Shown here one piece after another: positions 1 to 9,212 of a stretch of DNA of 64,000 nucleotides; position 1 is the first letter of the stretch, and each line of letters starts with the position of its first letter. This DNA comes from an uncultured Bacteroidales bacterium (GTDB taxonomy: Bacteria > Bacteroidota > Bacteroidia > Bacteroidales > VadinHA17), in the NCBI GenBank assembly GCA_963732115.1, contig CAVSYN010000005.1, positions 129,410-193,409 on the forward strand. Direction: 5' to 3'. A program made the position numbers and the translations under genes. A model generated the notes under the pieces. The model ran no database searches. It saw nothing but the letters and a program-made list of their open reading frames with translations, and was not told the origin of the DNA.

Positions 1-477
1 AAACTCAGACTGAATTGACAGTTTGCAGCATACAATGGCATGACAGCTGTTGATCAGCAGACTGCTTTCTGGAATTACCTCAACAGGAATAAATACCTGA
101 GCAGCCGCAAGGGCCAGTATGCTGAACGGTATGGCGAAGTGAGACCCTGGATACACAGGTTCGATGCAAAATTGCTTCAGGACATCTTCACCGGTTTTGG
201 CGGCGACCATAAATACACATTGCAGTTCAGCGTCGATTTCCTGAACATTGGCAACCTTATTAATGATTCATGGGGAACCTATCCTTACAATCCGCTTACA
301 AGCTTTGAAAATGTTCGTCCGTTGAGAGTCAATAACAAAGGTACTGCTACGGCAGCTCCCGTTTATACTCTGAACGCAACCTCAATGCAGGACTTTACAG
401 CCAAAACGACTATTTCAAAAGACGTAAGTACTTCAAGTACCTGGGGCTGCCTGTTTGGTATCAGATTAATTTTCTAA
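1..477 (+). CDS. TonB-dependent receptor, C-terminal fragment (gene starts outside the window; in-frame TGA at 16-18)
   Basis: The ORF 40..477 ends in ...STWGCLFGIRLIF, a typical aromatic-terminal beta-barrel end of Bacteroidota TonB-dependent receptors. A strong terminator follows. Confidence 0.55.
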
Positions 478-501
478 TTGAAAACTTGTAATTGATCCCG
501 G

Positions 502-534
502 GAGGGTGTCTTATAACAGACACCCTCTTTTTTT
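502..534 (+). terminator. Rho-independent terminator
   Basis: Perfect 9-bp stem gagggtgtc (502-510) / gacaccctc (519-527), followed by a run of 7 T (528-534). Confidence 0.75.
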
Positions 535-864
535 CATTCACTTAAGAAGAAAAATCTCATTAAACAATTTTAACCTGCAGATGTTAACGCTATTGCGCAA
601 GCTATTTATTTATCAGCGGAGGTATTTGACGCAATACACTGATAATCAGCTAATATAGCTTAATTCTTTTTCGAAGGAGCAGAATGCAACTACAGATATC
701 AGCACTAAAATTAGTTAATAACTATGATGGCAAATGTTAATAAACTTAAAAAATTTGTCTTGCATTCAGGTATATGCTTATCTAATTTAGCAAATACCCG
801 CTTAGAAAATCAGTGGTCGTATAATCGCAACAGAATCAAAGATTAACAGTTTTATATTTAGTAT

Positions 865-3495
865 ATGGAAGGATTATTTGTCCAGGAACCAGCTATTGCT
901 CCGGAAAAAGTAAGTGAAAAATCGACTTCAGAGGAAAGGAAAAGAGAAAATGTGAAGGGAGGTAATAAACAGGTGGAAAGAAAAACAGAGAAGGTCACTT
1001 ACACTCATGACGAAGCTGTTGAGGCAAGTATTCAGTACTTCAGGGGAGATGAGCTTGCTGCCAGGGTTTGGGCAAATAAATACGCACTAAAGGACTCATT
1101 TGGAAATCTTTATGAAAAAACGCCCGATGATATGCACAGGAGGCTGGCCAGGGAGATCCACAGGGTTGAGATGAAATACAAGAACCCTCTTTCCGAAGAG
1201 CTCATTTACAATGTTCTGAAGGATTTTAAATATATTGTTCCGCAGGGCGGACCAATGACCGGAATCGGGAATGATTTTCAGATAGCCTCTTTGTCAAACT
1301 GCTTTGTAATAGGCAATGAAGGAACATCTGATTCATACGGCGGCATAATGAAAATTGACCAGGAACAGGTTCAGCTGATGAAACGCCGCGGCGGTGTCGG
1401 TCATGATCTATCCCATATACGGCCGAAGGGCACCCCGGTCCTGAACAGCGCCCTTACCTCAACCGGCGTTGTCCCTTTTATGGAGAGGTATTCAAACTCA
1501 ACCCGCGAAGTTGCCCAGGACGGGCGACGAGGTGCTTTGATGCTTTCAATTTCAATCAAGCATCCCGACAGCGGGAAATTCATCGATGCAAAGCTGGAAA
1601 GCGGAAAAGTTACAGGTGCGAACGTCTCTGTCAAGGTAACAGATGAGTTTATGAAGGCGGTTGAATCAAAAGGGTTGTTCAGGCAGCAATACCCTATTAT
1701 TTCGGATAAACCGAAATTTGTCCAGGAAATTGATGCGGTGGCACTCTGGAACAAGATCATCCACAATGCCTGGAAATCAGCCGAACCGGGAGTCCTGTTC
1801 TGGGATACCATCATAAGGGAAAGCGTTCCTGATTGCTATGCCAATCTGGGTTTTGCAACTGTTTCAACAAATCCCTGCGGAGAAATCCCGCTTTGTCCAT
1901 ACGACAGCTGCCGTTTGCTCGCTATAAACCTGTTCAGCTATGTAGTTGACCCTTTCACAAAAAACGCAGCATTTGATTTTGAACTTTACAAGGAGCATAT
2001 TGGCCTGGCTCAGAGAATGATGGATGATATTATCGACCTTGAACTTGAAAAAATTGATGTAATACTTACAAAGATTGATGGCGATCCTGAGTCGGACGAA
2101 CTGAAACATGTTGAAAGAAACCTCTGGAACAATATAAAGAAGAAATCAGGAGAGGGCAGGAGGACAGGTATAGGCATCACGGCAGAAGGAGATATGCTGG
2201 CCGGGCTCGGACTCAGATACGGAAGTGATGAGGCTACAAGTTTTTCGGTTGAAGTACATAAGACACTGGCTCTCGAAGCATACAAATCTTCAACATACCT
2301 TGCAAAGGAAAGAGGGCCTTTTACAATTTATGATTCTGAGAGGGAAAAGAACAACCCCTTCATTCTTAGAATGAAAGAGGCCGATCCGGTTATGTATAAT
2401 AACATGGTTAAATTCGGCCGGCGCAATATTGCCCTTCTTACCATTGCACCTACGGGAACCACAAGCCTGATGACTCAGACCACTTCGGGAATTGAACCGG
2501 TTTTTTCAGTTTTTTACAAAAGGAGAAGGAAAGTAAATCCCAACGACAAGGATGTCAGGGTGACATTCAGGGATGAAGTTGGCGACTCGTGGGAGGAGTT
2601 TAATGTATTCCATCATAAATTTGTGGAATGGCTCAATCTGAACGGGTTTGACCCTAATAACGTGGCCAGGATGAGCGATGAGGAAATCGAGGGAATAGTT
2701 GCAAAATCTCCTTACTGCAAAGCAACGGCCAATGATGTCGACTGGATTGCCAAGGTCCGCATGCAGGGAGCCATACAGAAATGGGTCGACCATTCGATAA
2801 GCGTTACAATAAACCTTCCTGCTGATGTAAATGAGGAACTCGTCAGCGATCTTTATTTTACAGCCTGGAAATCAGGTTGCAAGGGAGCAACAGTGTACCG
2901 TGACGGATCGAGGAACGGCGTGCTTATAGCAGGAAAGAACGAAATACATGCCGAGAGACCAAGACGGCCTAAAGTTCTTGATTGTGATGTTATAAGATTC
3001 AACTTCAACGAAGAGAAATGGGTGGCTTTTGTCGGACTGAAAGAGGGGAGGCCTTACGAGATTTTCACAGGTCTGGCGGATGAAGAGATCTTCCCGATTC
3101 CGAAGACAATCATAAAGGGAAAAATAATCAAGATCAAGATGGAAGTCGGCAAATCCCGGTATGACTTTCAGTACACCGACAAGTACGGCTATAAGAAAAC
3201 TATAGAGGGGTTGTCGCATATGTTCAAGCAGGAATTCTGGAACTACGCAAAGCTTATTTCAGGGGTTCTGAGGCATGAAATGCCTATTCAGGACGTGGTA
3301 AACCTGGTTCAGTCCCTGAAACTTGACAGTGAATCAATCAACAACTGGAAAAACGGTGTTGAAAGAGCGCTGAAAAAATATATTCCCAACGGAACCAAAG
3401 CAAAAGGAAAATGCGGAGAATGCGGCTCTGATAACCTCGTATATGAAGAAGGCTGCCTGATCTGTAAAGATTGCGGGTCGTCGAAATGCTCGTGA
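865..3495 (+). CDS. nrdJ: Adenosylcobalamin-dependent ribonucleoside-diphosphate reductase (class II RNR)
   Basis: Intact 876-aa ORF. It has the class II RNR motifs (STNPCGEIPL, TIAPTGTTS) and a C-terminal CxxC...CxxC zinc ribbon (CGECGS...CLICKDCGSSKC). Confidence 0.9.
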   Translation: MEGLFVQEPAIAPEKVSEKSTSEERKRENVKGGNKQVERKTEKVTYTHDEAVEASIQYFRGDELAARVWANKYALKDSFGNLYEKTPDDMHRRLAREIHRVEMKYKNPLSEELIYNVLKDFKYIVPQGGPMTGIGNDFQIASLSNCFVIGNEGTSDSYGGIMKIDQEQVQLMKRRGGVGHDLSHIRPKGTPVLNSALTSTGVVPFMERYSNSTREVAQDGRRGALMLSISIKHPDSGKFIDAKLESGKVTGANVSVKVTDEFMKAVESKGLFRQQYPIISDKPKFVQEIDAVALWNKIIHNAWKSAEPGVLFWDTIIRESVPDCYANLGFATVSTNPCGEIPLCPYDSCRLLAINLFSYVVDPFTKNAAFDFELYKEHIGLAQRMMDDIIDLELEKIDVILTKIDGDPESDELKHVERNLWNNIKKKSGEGRRTGIGITAEGDMLAGLGLRYGSDEATSFSVEVHKTLALEAYKSSTYLAKERGPFTIYDSEREKNNPFILRMKEADPVMYNNMVKFGRRNIALLTIAPTGTTSLMTQTTSGIEPVFSVFYKRRRKVNPNDKDVRVTFRDEVGDSWEEFNVFHHKFVEWLNLNGFDPNNVARMSDEEIEGIVAKSPYCKATANDVDWIAKVRMQGAIQKWVDHSISVTINLPADVNEELVSDLYFTAWKSGCKGATVYRDGSRNGVLIAGKNEIHAERPRRPKVLDCDVIRFNFNEEKWVAFVGLKEGRPYEIFTGLADEEIFPIPKTIIKGKIIKIKMEVGKSRYDFQYTDKYGYKKTIEGLSHMFKQEFWNYAKLISGVLRHEMPIQDVVNLVQSLKLDSESINNWKNGVERALKKYIPNGTKAKGKCGECGSDNLVYEEGCLICKDCGSSKCS

Positions 3496-3498
3496 AGT

Positions 3499-3575
3499 TA
3501 ACCACCACGTCCCGACGCTTCGTTAAGGGGGAGGTGGTTGGCTTTAGAAGGAGGGGGAGGTGGTTGGCTTTTTAA
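3499..3575. repeat. Tandem copies of the GGGGGAGGTGGTTGGCTTT(TT) motif plus the complementary AACCACC arm
   Basis: The motif occurs at 3527-3545 and 3553-3573. aaccacc (3500-3506) can pair with ggtggtt (3533-3539). The same motif ends the 220-bp repeats at 19491-19511 and 22187-22207. Confidence 0.6.
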
Positions 3576-3592
3576 ACACCCACTACAGGTTA

Positions 3593-4783
3593 CTACTTAA
3601 TTACCTTCAGCTCTTTTCCGATCTTTTTAAATGCTGCGATCGCTTTATCGAGATGCTCAGTTTCGTGGGCTGCTGAAAGCTGCACCCTGATCCTTGCCTC
3701 GCCTTTTGGCACAACCGGGTAATAAAAGCCGGTAACATATATCCCTTCTTCAAGAAGCTTTACCGCAAAGATCTGCGAAAGCCTGGCATCATAAAGCATG
3801 ACAGCGCAGATAGCCGATCTGGTTGGTTTGATATCAAAGCCAAGCTCCTTCATCTTCATTATAAAATACTCGGAATTGCGGTGAAGCTTGTCCTGGAGCT
3901 CATTGGTTTCCGTCATCATTTCCACCATCCGTATACCTGCAGCGGCCACAAGGGGCGGGATTGAATTAGAGAACAGGTATGGACGGGACCTCTGCCTGAG
4001 CAGCTCAATAATTTCCTTTTTACCGGTCGTAAAACCTCCAATGGCACCGCCGAATGCTTTTCCAAGTGTTCCGGTAATGATCTCGATCTTTCCTTTAAGG
4101 TTAAACAGTTCAGTTACCCCGCGACCGGTCTTGCCTACTACGCCTGCTGAATGTGATTCATCGACCATGATCATTGCATTGTACTTTTCAGCAAGGACAG
4201 CTATTTTATCGAGAGGAGCGACGTTCCCATCCATTGAGAAAACCCCGTCGGTGACAATAAGCCTGAATCTCTGCGCCTGTGCCAGTTGAAGCTGTTTTTC
4301 AAGATCCGTCATGCTGGCATTCTCATACCTGTAACGCTGGGCTTTGCAAAGGCGTACTCCGTCGATAATTGAAGCGTGATTCAGTGCGTCGGAAATGATT
4401 GCATCCTGTTCAGTAAGCAGGGGTTCGAATACACCACCGTTGGCATCAAAGCATGCAGCATAAAGAATGGTATCTTCTGTACCGAAGAATTCCGCAATTT
4501 TACTCTCAAGCTTTTTGTGAAGATCGGTAGTACCGCATATGAACCTTACAGATGACATTCCGTAACCATGATCGTCAAGCGATGCCTTTGCAGCCTTTAT
4601 AAGCTCTTTATTGTTTGATAATCCGAGATAGTTGTTGGCACAGAAATTCAAGACCCTCTGCCCGGTTTCGAGTTCAATCTCAGCGCCCTGGGGTGAAACT
4701 ATTATTCTTTCATTCTTATACAGACCGGCTTCTTTGATTTCAGACAAAGTCTGACTCAGGTGTTTTTGAAAATTGTCATACAT
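3593..4783 (-). CDS. kbl: Glycine C-acetyltransferase (2-amino-3-ketobutyrate CoA ligase)
   Basis: The 406-aa ORF 3593..4813 aligns by eye with E. coli Kbl (NFCANNYLGL, SVRFICGT, ISDALNHASIIDGVRLCKA). The likely start is the internal MYDNFQKHL at 4783; the longest ORF starts at 4813. Confidence 0.9.
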   Translation of the reverse strand: MYDNFQKHLSQTLSEIKEAGLYKNERIIVSPQGAEIELETGQRVLNFCANNYLGLSNNKELIKAAKASLDDHGYGMSSVRFICGTTDLHKKLESKIAEFFGTEDTILYAACFDANGGVFEPLLTEQDAIISDALNHASIIDGVRLCKAQRYRYENASMTDLEKQLQLAQAQRFRLIVTDGVFSMDGNVAPLDKIAVLAEKYNAMIMVDESHSAGVVGKTGRGVTELFNLKGKIEIITGTLGKAFGGAIGGFTTGKKEIIELLRQRSRPYLFSNSIPPLVAAAGIRMVEMMTETNELQDKLHRNSEYFIMKMKELGFDIKPTRSAICAVMLYDARLSQIFAVKLLEEGIYVTGFYYPVVPKGEARIRVQLSAAHETEHLDKAIAAFKKIGKELKVIK

Positions 4784-4816
4784 AGCTTTGTTTTTATAAA
4801 GGACTTTAGTCACTTA

Positions 4817-4913
4817 ATTTGTTCGGCCTCTCCCTCTAAATCTCCCTCTCCCGAAGTGAGAGGGAGACTTAAAATCTTGATTTATAAGCCCCTCCCACAC
4901 CGGGGGAGGGGTA
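4817..4913. repeat. Nested polypyrimidine/polypurine hairpin element between tdh and kbl
   Basis: Hairpin 1 is tctccctctc (4831-4840) / gagagggaga (4848-4857). Hairpin 2 is cccctccc (4879-4886) / gggagggg (4894-4901). The outer arms are cctctcc (4817-4823) / ggagagg (4907-4913). Confidence 0.6.
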
Positions 4914-4958
4914 GGGGGAGAGGTAAAAAAGGGCATAGAGAGGGATTCAGCATAAGAT

Positions 4959-5993
4959 TTAATCCCAGTTCAGTATGACTTTACCGCAGTTTCCCTCTTC
5001 CATGGCATCGAAGCCTTTCTGAAAGTCATCGATATGAAAACGGTGGGTGATAACCGGATTCAGATCAATACCGCCGATTATCATCTGTTCCATTTTGTAC
5101 CATGTCTCCCACATTTCCCTTCCGTATATGCCCTTCAATGTAATTGCCTTAAAGATCAGATCGCTCCATGGCACTTCAAAGTTGGAGGGCAGTAGCCCGA
5201 GCAGTGCAATACTCGATCCGTTGTACATATTGCTGATCATCTCAATGAATGCTTTCGGCGATCCCGACATTTCCAGGCCTATATCGAATCCTCTCATTCC
5301 CAGCTTTTTGACTGCTTCAGATATTTTCTCTCCCTTCGAAGGGTTCAGAGTCAGCGTTGCTCCCATTTTTTTTGCGATCTCAAGCCGGTAATCGCTCAGG
5401 TCGCTTGCAACAATAAATCTTGCTCCCGCAAATCTGGCAATTGCAATCGCCATGCTTCCTATAAGCCCGGATCCTGTGATGAGCACATCTTCACCCAGAA
5501 GAGGAAATGACAATGCCGTGTGGGTGGCGTTTCCGAACGGATCCATAATTGCAGCCCATTCATCGGCGATCCTGTGATCGAGCAGAACGATATTTGAGGA
5601 GGGGATCTTTACATATTCGGCAAATGATCCGTCTACATTTACTCCTATGCCAATGGTATTCTCGCAGACATGTTCCTTCCCGCGGCGGCAGTTCCTGCAA
5701 TGGCCGCAGGCAAGGTGCCCTTCACCCGTTACCCTGTCGCCTACTTTAAGATTAGGGACTCCGGCACCGATCTTATCTATGTACCCCATGTATTCATGCC
5801 CGATGACCATCGGTGTTTTTATGGTCCGCTGTGCCCAGTCGTTCCATTCATAGATGTGAAGGTCGGTTCCGCATATTGCTGACTTCCTGACCTTTATTAT
5901 TACATCATTAAGCCCCGGCTCAGGTACCGGAACTTCCTGCATCCAGAGTCCTTTTGCCGGCCTAGCCTTTACGAGGGCTTTCATAGTCTTCAT
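4959..5993 (-). CDS. tdh: L-threonine 3-dehydrogenase
   Basis: Intact 344-aa zinc alcohol-dehydrogenase fold matching Tdh (AICGTDLHIYEWNDW, GEGHLACGHCRNCRRGKEH). It lies upstream of kbl on the same strand. The start may be 5984 (MKAL). Confidence 0.9.
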   Translation of the reverse strand: MKTMKALVKARPAKGLWMQEVPVPEPGLNDVIIKVRKSAICGTDLHIYEWNDWAQRTIKTPMVIGHEYMGYIDKIGAGVPNLKVGDRVTGEGHLACGHCRNCRRGKEHVCENTIGIGVNVDGSFAEYVKIPSSNIVLLDHRIADEWAAIMDPFGNATHTALSFPLLGEDVLITGSGLIGSMAIAIARFAGARFIVASDLSDYRLEIAKKMGATLTLNPSKGEKISEAVKKLGMRGFDIGLEMSGSPKAFIEMISNMYNGSSIALLGLLPSNFEVPWSDLIFKAITLKGIYGREMWETWYKMEQMIIGGIDLNPVITHRFHIDDFQKGFDAMEEGNCGKVILNWD

Positions 5994-6104
5994 GGGGGTC
6001 AGTTTAAAGCGCTAAATTATATAAAAAAGTGATCTTGTCCGGACAAAAACTTTCATTTTACGTTATATAACAGGGTTTGTTATCTTTACAAAATATTTAA
6101 AAAA

Positions 6105-7625
6105 ATGTTACAGAACATGTCGCAGGTAAGAGTCCGCTTTGCACCGAGTCCGACCGGTCCTTTGCACATCGGCGGGGTACGGACCGCTCTTTACAATTAT
6201 CTGTTTGCAAGAAAACATAACGGAAAATTTATTCTCAGAATTGAAGACACCGACCAGGCGAGGTTTGTGGAAGGTGCCGAGGAGTACATTATTGAGGCTC
6301 TTAAATGGTGCGGTTTAGTGATTGATGAGGGGATAAATGGAGGAGGTGAATTTGAGCCTTACAGGCAGAGTGACAGGAAGGATTTATACAGGCAATACGC
6401 TGACATACTTTTTGACAAGGGTTATGCCTATTATGCTTTTGATACGCCGCAGGAGCTGGAGTCGCTGAGGCAAAAATCGGAAAAAGAAGGAAAGACCTTC
6501 ATCTATAATTCCGCTGTCAGGGAAAGGCTTAATAATTCCATCTCCCTGAGCGATGTCGAATGGAACGCAAAGCTCGACAGGGGCGATCCGTATGTGATCC
6601 GCTTCAGAATGCCACCTGATGAAGAGATAGGTCTTGATGACTTAATCAGGGGACATATTGTCGTAAACACAAATACCCTTGATGATAAGGTCCTGTTCAA
6701 GTCGGATGGAATGCCGACTTATCATCTGGCAAATATCGTCGACGATCATCTCATGAAGATAAGTCATGTTATTCGTGGTGAGGAATGGCTCCCTTCCTTT
6801 CCGCTTCATGTAATGCTTTACCGTTCATTCGGCTGGGATACTCCTGCTTTTGCGCACCTTCCTCTTCTTCTGAAGCCTGACGGGAAAGGTAAACTCAGCA
6901 AACGTGACGGTGATAAAATGGGATTCCCTGTTTTTCCTATCTTCTGGCCATACGGTGAGACTGCCAGAGGCTTTCGCGAGGACGGATATTTCCCGGAAGC
7001 ATTTGTAAATATGCTTGCCTTACTGGGCTGGAATCCGGGTACAGAGCAGGAGATATTTTCGATGGATGAGTTGATAAATGCTTTTTCAATTGAAAGGGTA
7101 GGCAAATCGGGATCCAGGTTTGACCCCGAAAAGGCCAGATGGTTCAATCATCAGTACCTTCAGAAAAGGACCAACAATCAACTGGCTCTGGAATTCAGGG
7201 AAGTCCTCAGGGCAAAGGGTATCCATGTCGATATCGTTCGCCTTGAGATCCTTATCGGACTAACAAAGGAAAGAGTGAGCTTTGTTAAGGATTTCTGGAA
7301 TCAGACCGATTTCTTTTTTAAGGCTCCTGAAGAATATGATCCGGAAGTTATAAGGAAAAGATGGCAGGAAAATACTCCTGATAATACTTGAAGGAATTAA
7401 TAATTGTTCTTCAGAATATCCAGGATTTTTCTCTTTCCGAAACTGAAACAGTTGTTAAAAAATGGATTGAAGACAAAGGATACAATTCAGGTGACAGTAA
7501 TTAATGCTCTCCGGCTGGTGATGGTGGGGGCATCGCGCGGTCCGCAGATTTTCGATATCATTTGCTGGCTCGGAAAGGAAGAGACTGTCAGACGCATCGA
7601 AAAGGGGCTTTCCGTAATAGGAAAA
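6105..7625 (+). CDS. gltX: Glutamate--tRNA ligase, interrupted by two compensating frameshifts (about 7386 and about 7490)
   Basis: It has the class I signature (PSPTGPLHIGG) and KLSKR. After TGA at 7389 the homologous text LKELIIVLQNIQDFSLSETETVVKKWIEDKGYNSG continues in another frame, then returns to the original frame (INALRLVMVGASRGPQIFDI...EETVRRIEKGL). The exact 3' end is unclear because no stop occurs before the next gene's ATG. Confidence 0.85.
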
Positions 7626-7631
7626 GAAGCA

Positions 7632-8318
7632 ATGAACCTTCCCGGACCAGGTGATTATATTGATATTCACAACCACCATGCGATTCCCTCCCCGGGTGTT
7701 TTTACGGTTGACAGCCTGATGGCCCACGAAAACCTGAAGCCAGGCAGCGAAAAAGGACTGGCTTATACCGCAGGTATTCATCCCTGGTATCTTGATGACG
7801 AAAACCATAGCCAGCTTCTGGCATTTGTTCATGACATTGCTGAGAGCTCCCAACTTATCGCCATAGGCGAGGCAGGTTTTGACAAACTTAAGGGACCTTC
7901 AATTGAACTCCAGAGGCAGACATTTGAAGAACAGGTGAAAATTGCAGATGAAAAGCAAAAGCCTGTCGTAATTCATTGCGTAAGGGCATGGGATGAGCTG
8001 ATGGCTGCCCATAAAAAGCTGAAACCGTCAAAACGCTGGCTGGTCCATGGATTCAGGGGGAAGAAGGAGCTTGCTTTACAGCTTTTATCCCGTGGGATGT
8101 ATCTTTCTTTCTGGTTCGATTTTGTTATAAGGGATGTTTCGGGTGAGCTTTTAAGGTCTTTGCCAAAGGACAGGATATTTCTTGAGACCGACGGGGCTAA
8201 TGTGAGTATCAGGGACATTTATGCTAAAGTTTCAGCGGATCTGGCTCTGAGTGTTGATGAGCTGAAAAAAATCATGCTCAATAACTATACTACATTGTTT
8301 ACAAATGAAAAGTACTAA
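7632..8318 (+). CDS. TatD-family metal-dependent hydrolase
   Basis: Motifs present are IDIHNHH, IGEAGFDKLKG, VIHCVRAW, LVHGF and ETDG. It lies in the same frame as the end of gltX. The start at ATG 7632 is inferred. Confidence 0.7.
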   Translation: MNLPGPGDYIDIHNHHAIPSPGVFTVDSLMAHENLKPGSEKGLAYTAGIHPWYLDDENHSQLLAFVHDIAESSQLIAIGEAGFDKLKGPSIELQRQTFEEQVKIADEKQKPVVIHCVRAWDELMAAHKKLKPSKRWLVHGFRGKKELALQLLSRGMYLSFWFDFVIRDVSGELLRSLPKDRIFLETDGANVSIRDIYAKVSADLALSVDELKKIMLNNYTTLFTNEKY

Positions 8319-8373
8319 GCAATACTAAATGGCAGAGGGTTTTACCCCCAACCCCCTAAAGGGGGCTATTATT

Positions 8374-9098
8374 ATGGATGAATGGCTTTCAAGAACTGAA
8401 CTGCTGATCGGCAGGGAAGGTCTTGAAGAAACTTAAGAGTTCTCAGGTTCTGGTTGTCGGACTGGGAGGTGTAGGATCGTATGCCACGGAGATGCTCTGC
8501 AGGGCAGGAGTTGGAAACATGACAATTGCCGATGGCGATACTGTCCATCCTTCCAACCGGAACAGGCAACTTCTTGCATTAAAAAGCACGGAAGGTTCAA
8601 CCAAAGTCAGACCTAATGAGTGCAAGGTTAATGGATATCAATCCTGATCTGAACCTGACGGTAATTCAGGAATTTCTCAGGGATGAAAGAATGAATGAGG
8701 TCCTTGAAACACGCTTTGATTATGTGGTTGATGCAATTGATACATTGTCACCGAAAGTCTATCTCATATACAGGGCAGTAACAAATAAATATCCGGTTGT
8801 AAGCTCGATGGGAGCCGGAGGGAAATTTGATCCCACAAAAATTTCGGTTTGTGATATTTCCGAAACCGCAGGCTGCCCGCTTGCCAGGCTGCTCAGAAAA
8901 CGCCTTCACCGGCTTGGAATCAAGGAAGGGGTAACTGCTGTATATTCTCCTGAAACAATCGATAAAAAGAAAGTTATTCCGACAGATGGGGAGCAGAACA
9001 AAGCATCGGTTGTAGGAACGATTTCATATATGCCGGCAGCTTTCGGGATCGCATGTGCTTCGGTGGTGATACGGGATCTGGCAGGGATCGTAAGGTAA
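8374..9098 (+). CDS. tcdA: tRNA threonylcarbamoyladenosine dehydratase (ThiF/E1-like), split over three frames
   Basis: MDEWLSRTELLIGREGLE at 8374 continues as KLKSSQVLVVGLGGVGS (ORF 8423..8647) and then ORF 8616..9098 (DAIDTLSPK...MGAGGK). Confidence 0.8.
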
Positions 9099-9119
9099 TA
9101 CCTGCGCTCTGTGTAAGTT

Positions 9120-9210
9120 CTGCCCCTAAATCCCCTAAAGGGGACTTATAAGCACGAAAATAGGCCCCTTCAGGGGGTTGGGGGTATGAAGGCACAGAGA
9201 GCCACAGAGA
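9120..9210. repeat. CCCC-loop-GGGG hairpins plus a CACAGAGA direct repeat
   Basis: Hairpins are tcccc taaa gggga (9131-9144) and cccc ttca gggg (9165-9176). ggcacagaga gccacagaga lies at 9191-9210. A related ccccc taaa ggggg lies at 8352-8365. Confidence 0.5.
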
Positions 9211-9212
9211 AT

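Noticed and set aside
480-864. A cobalamin riboswitch or NrdR box in the 330-nt leader of the B12-dependent nrdJ.
   Set aside because: I could not find a B12-box-like GCCACTG / AGYCMGG core or paired NrdR-box palindromes. The region is AT-rich and looks like an ordinary promoter and leader. An Infernal scan would settle it.
1401-3219. Several 80-137-aa ORFs antisense to nrdJ. Similar antisense or out-of-frame ORFs lie inside carB (16099-18903), susC, kbl, tdh, the TPR genes and rph.
   Set aside because: They lie wholly inside long, strongly supported genes. They have low-complexity, Ser/Pro/Arg-rich translations and no recognisable motifs. These are the shadow ORFs one expects opposite long genes.
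3527-3573. Whether the repeated GGGGGAGGTGGTTGGCTTT units could be a CRISPR array.
   Set aside because: There are only two adjacent copies with a 7-nt gap, no spacer-sized unique segments and no cas genes anywhere in the window.
4760-4978. A 72-aa ORF with an RGRGRGKKGHREG tract between kbl and tdh.
   Set aside because: It is the literal translation of the polypurine/polypyrimidine hairpin element (4817-4913) and overlaps the kbl start. The same applies to ORF 19110..19379, which translates repeat copy A.
6105-8318. Stop-codon reassignment or readthrough as the explanation for the broken genes, since the two gltX ORFs are in the same frame and separated by TGA/TAA codons.
   Set aside because: The homologous GltX text between the two ORFs is clearly in a different frame (LKELIIVLQNIQDF...). 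The continuations of the other broken genes are also out of frame. These are indels, not reassigned stops.
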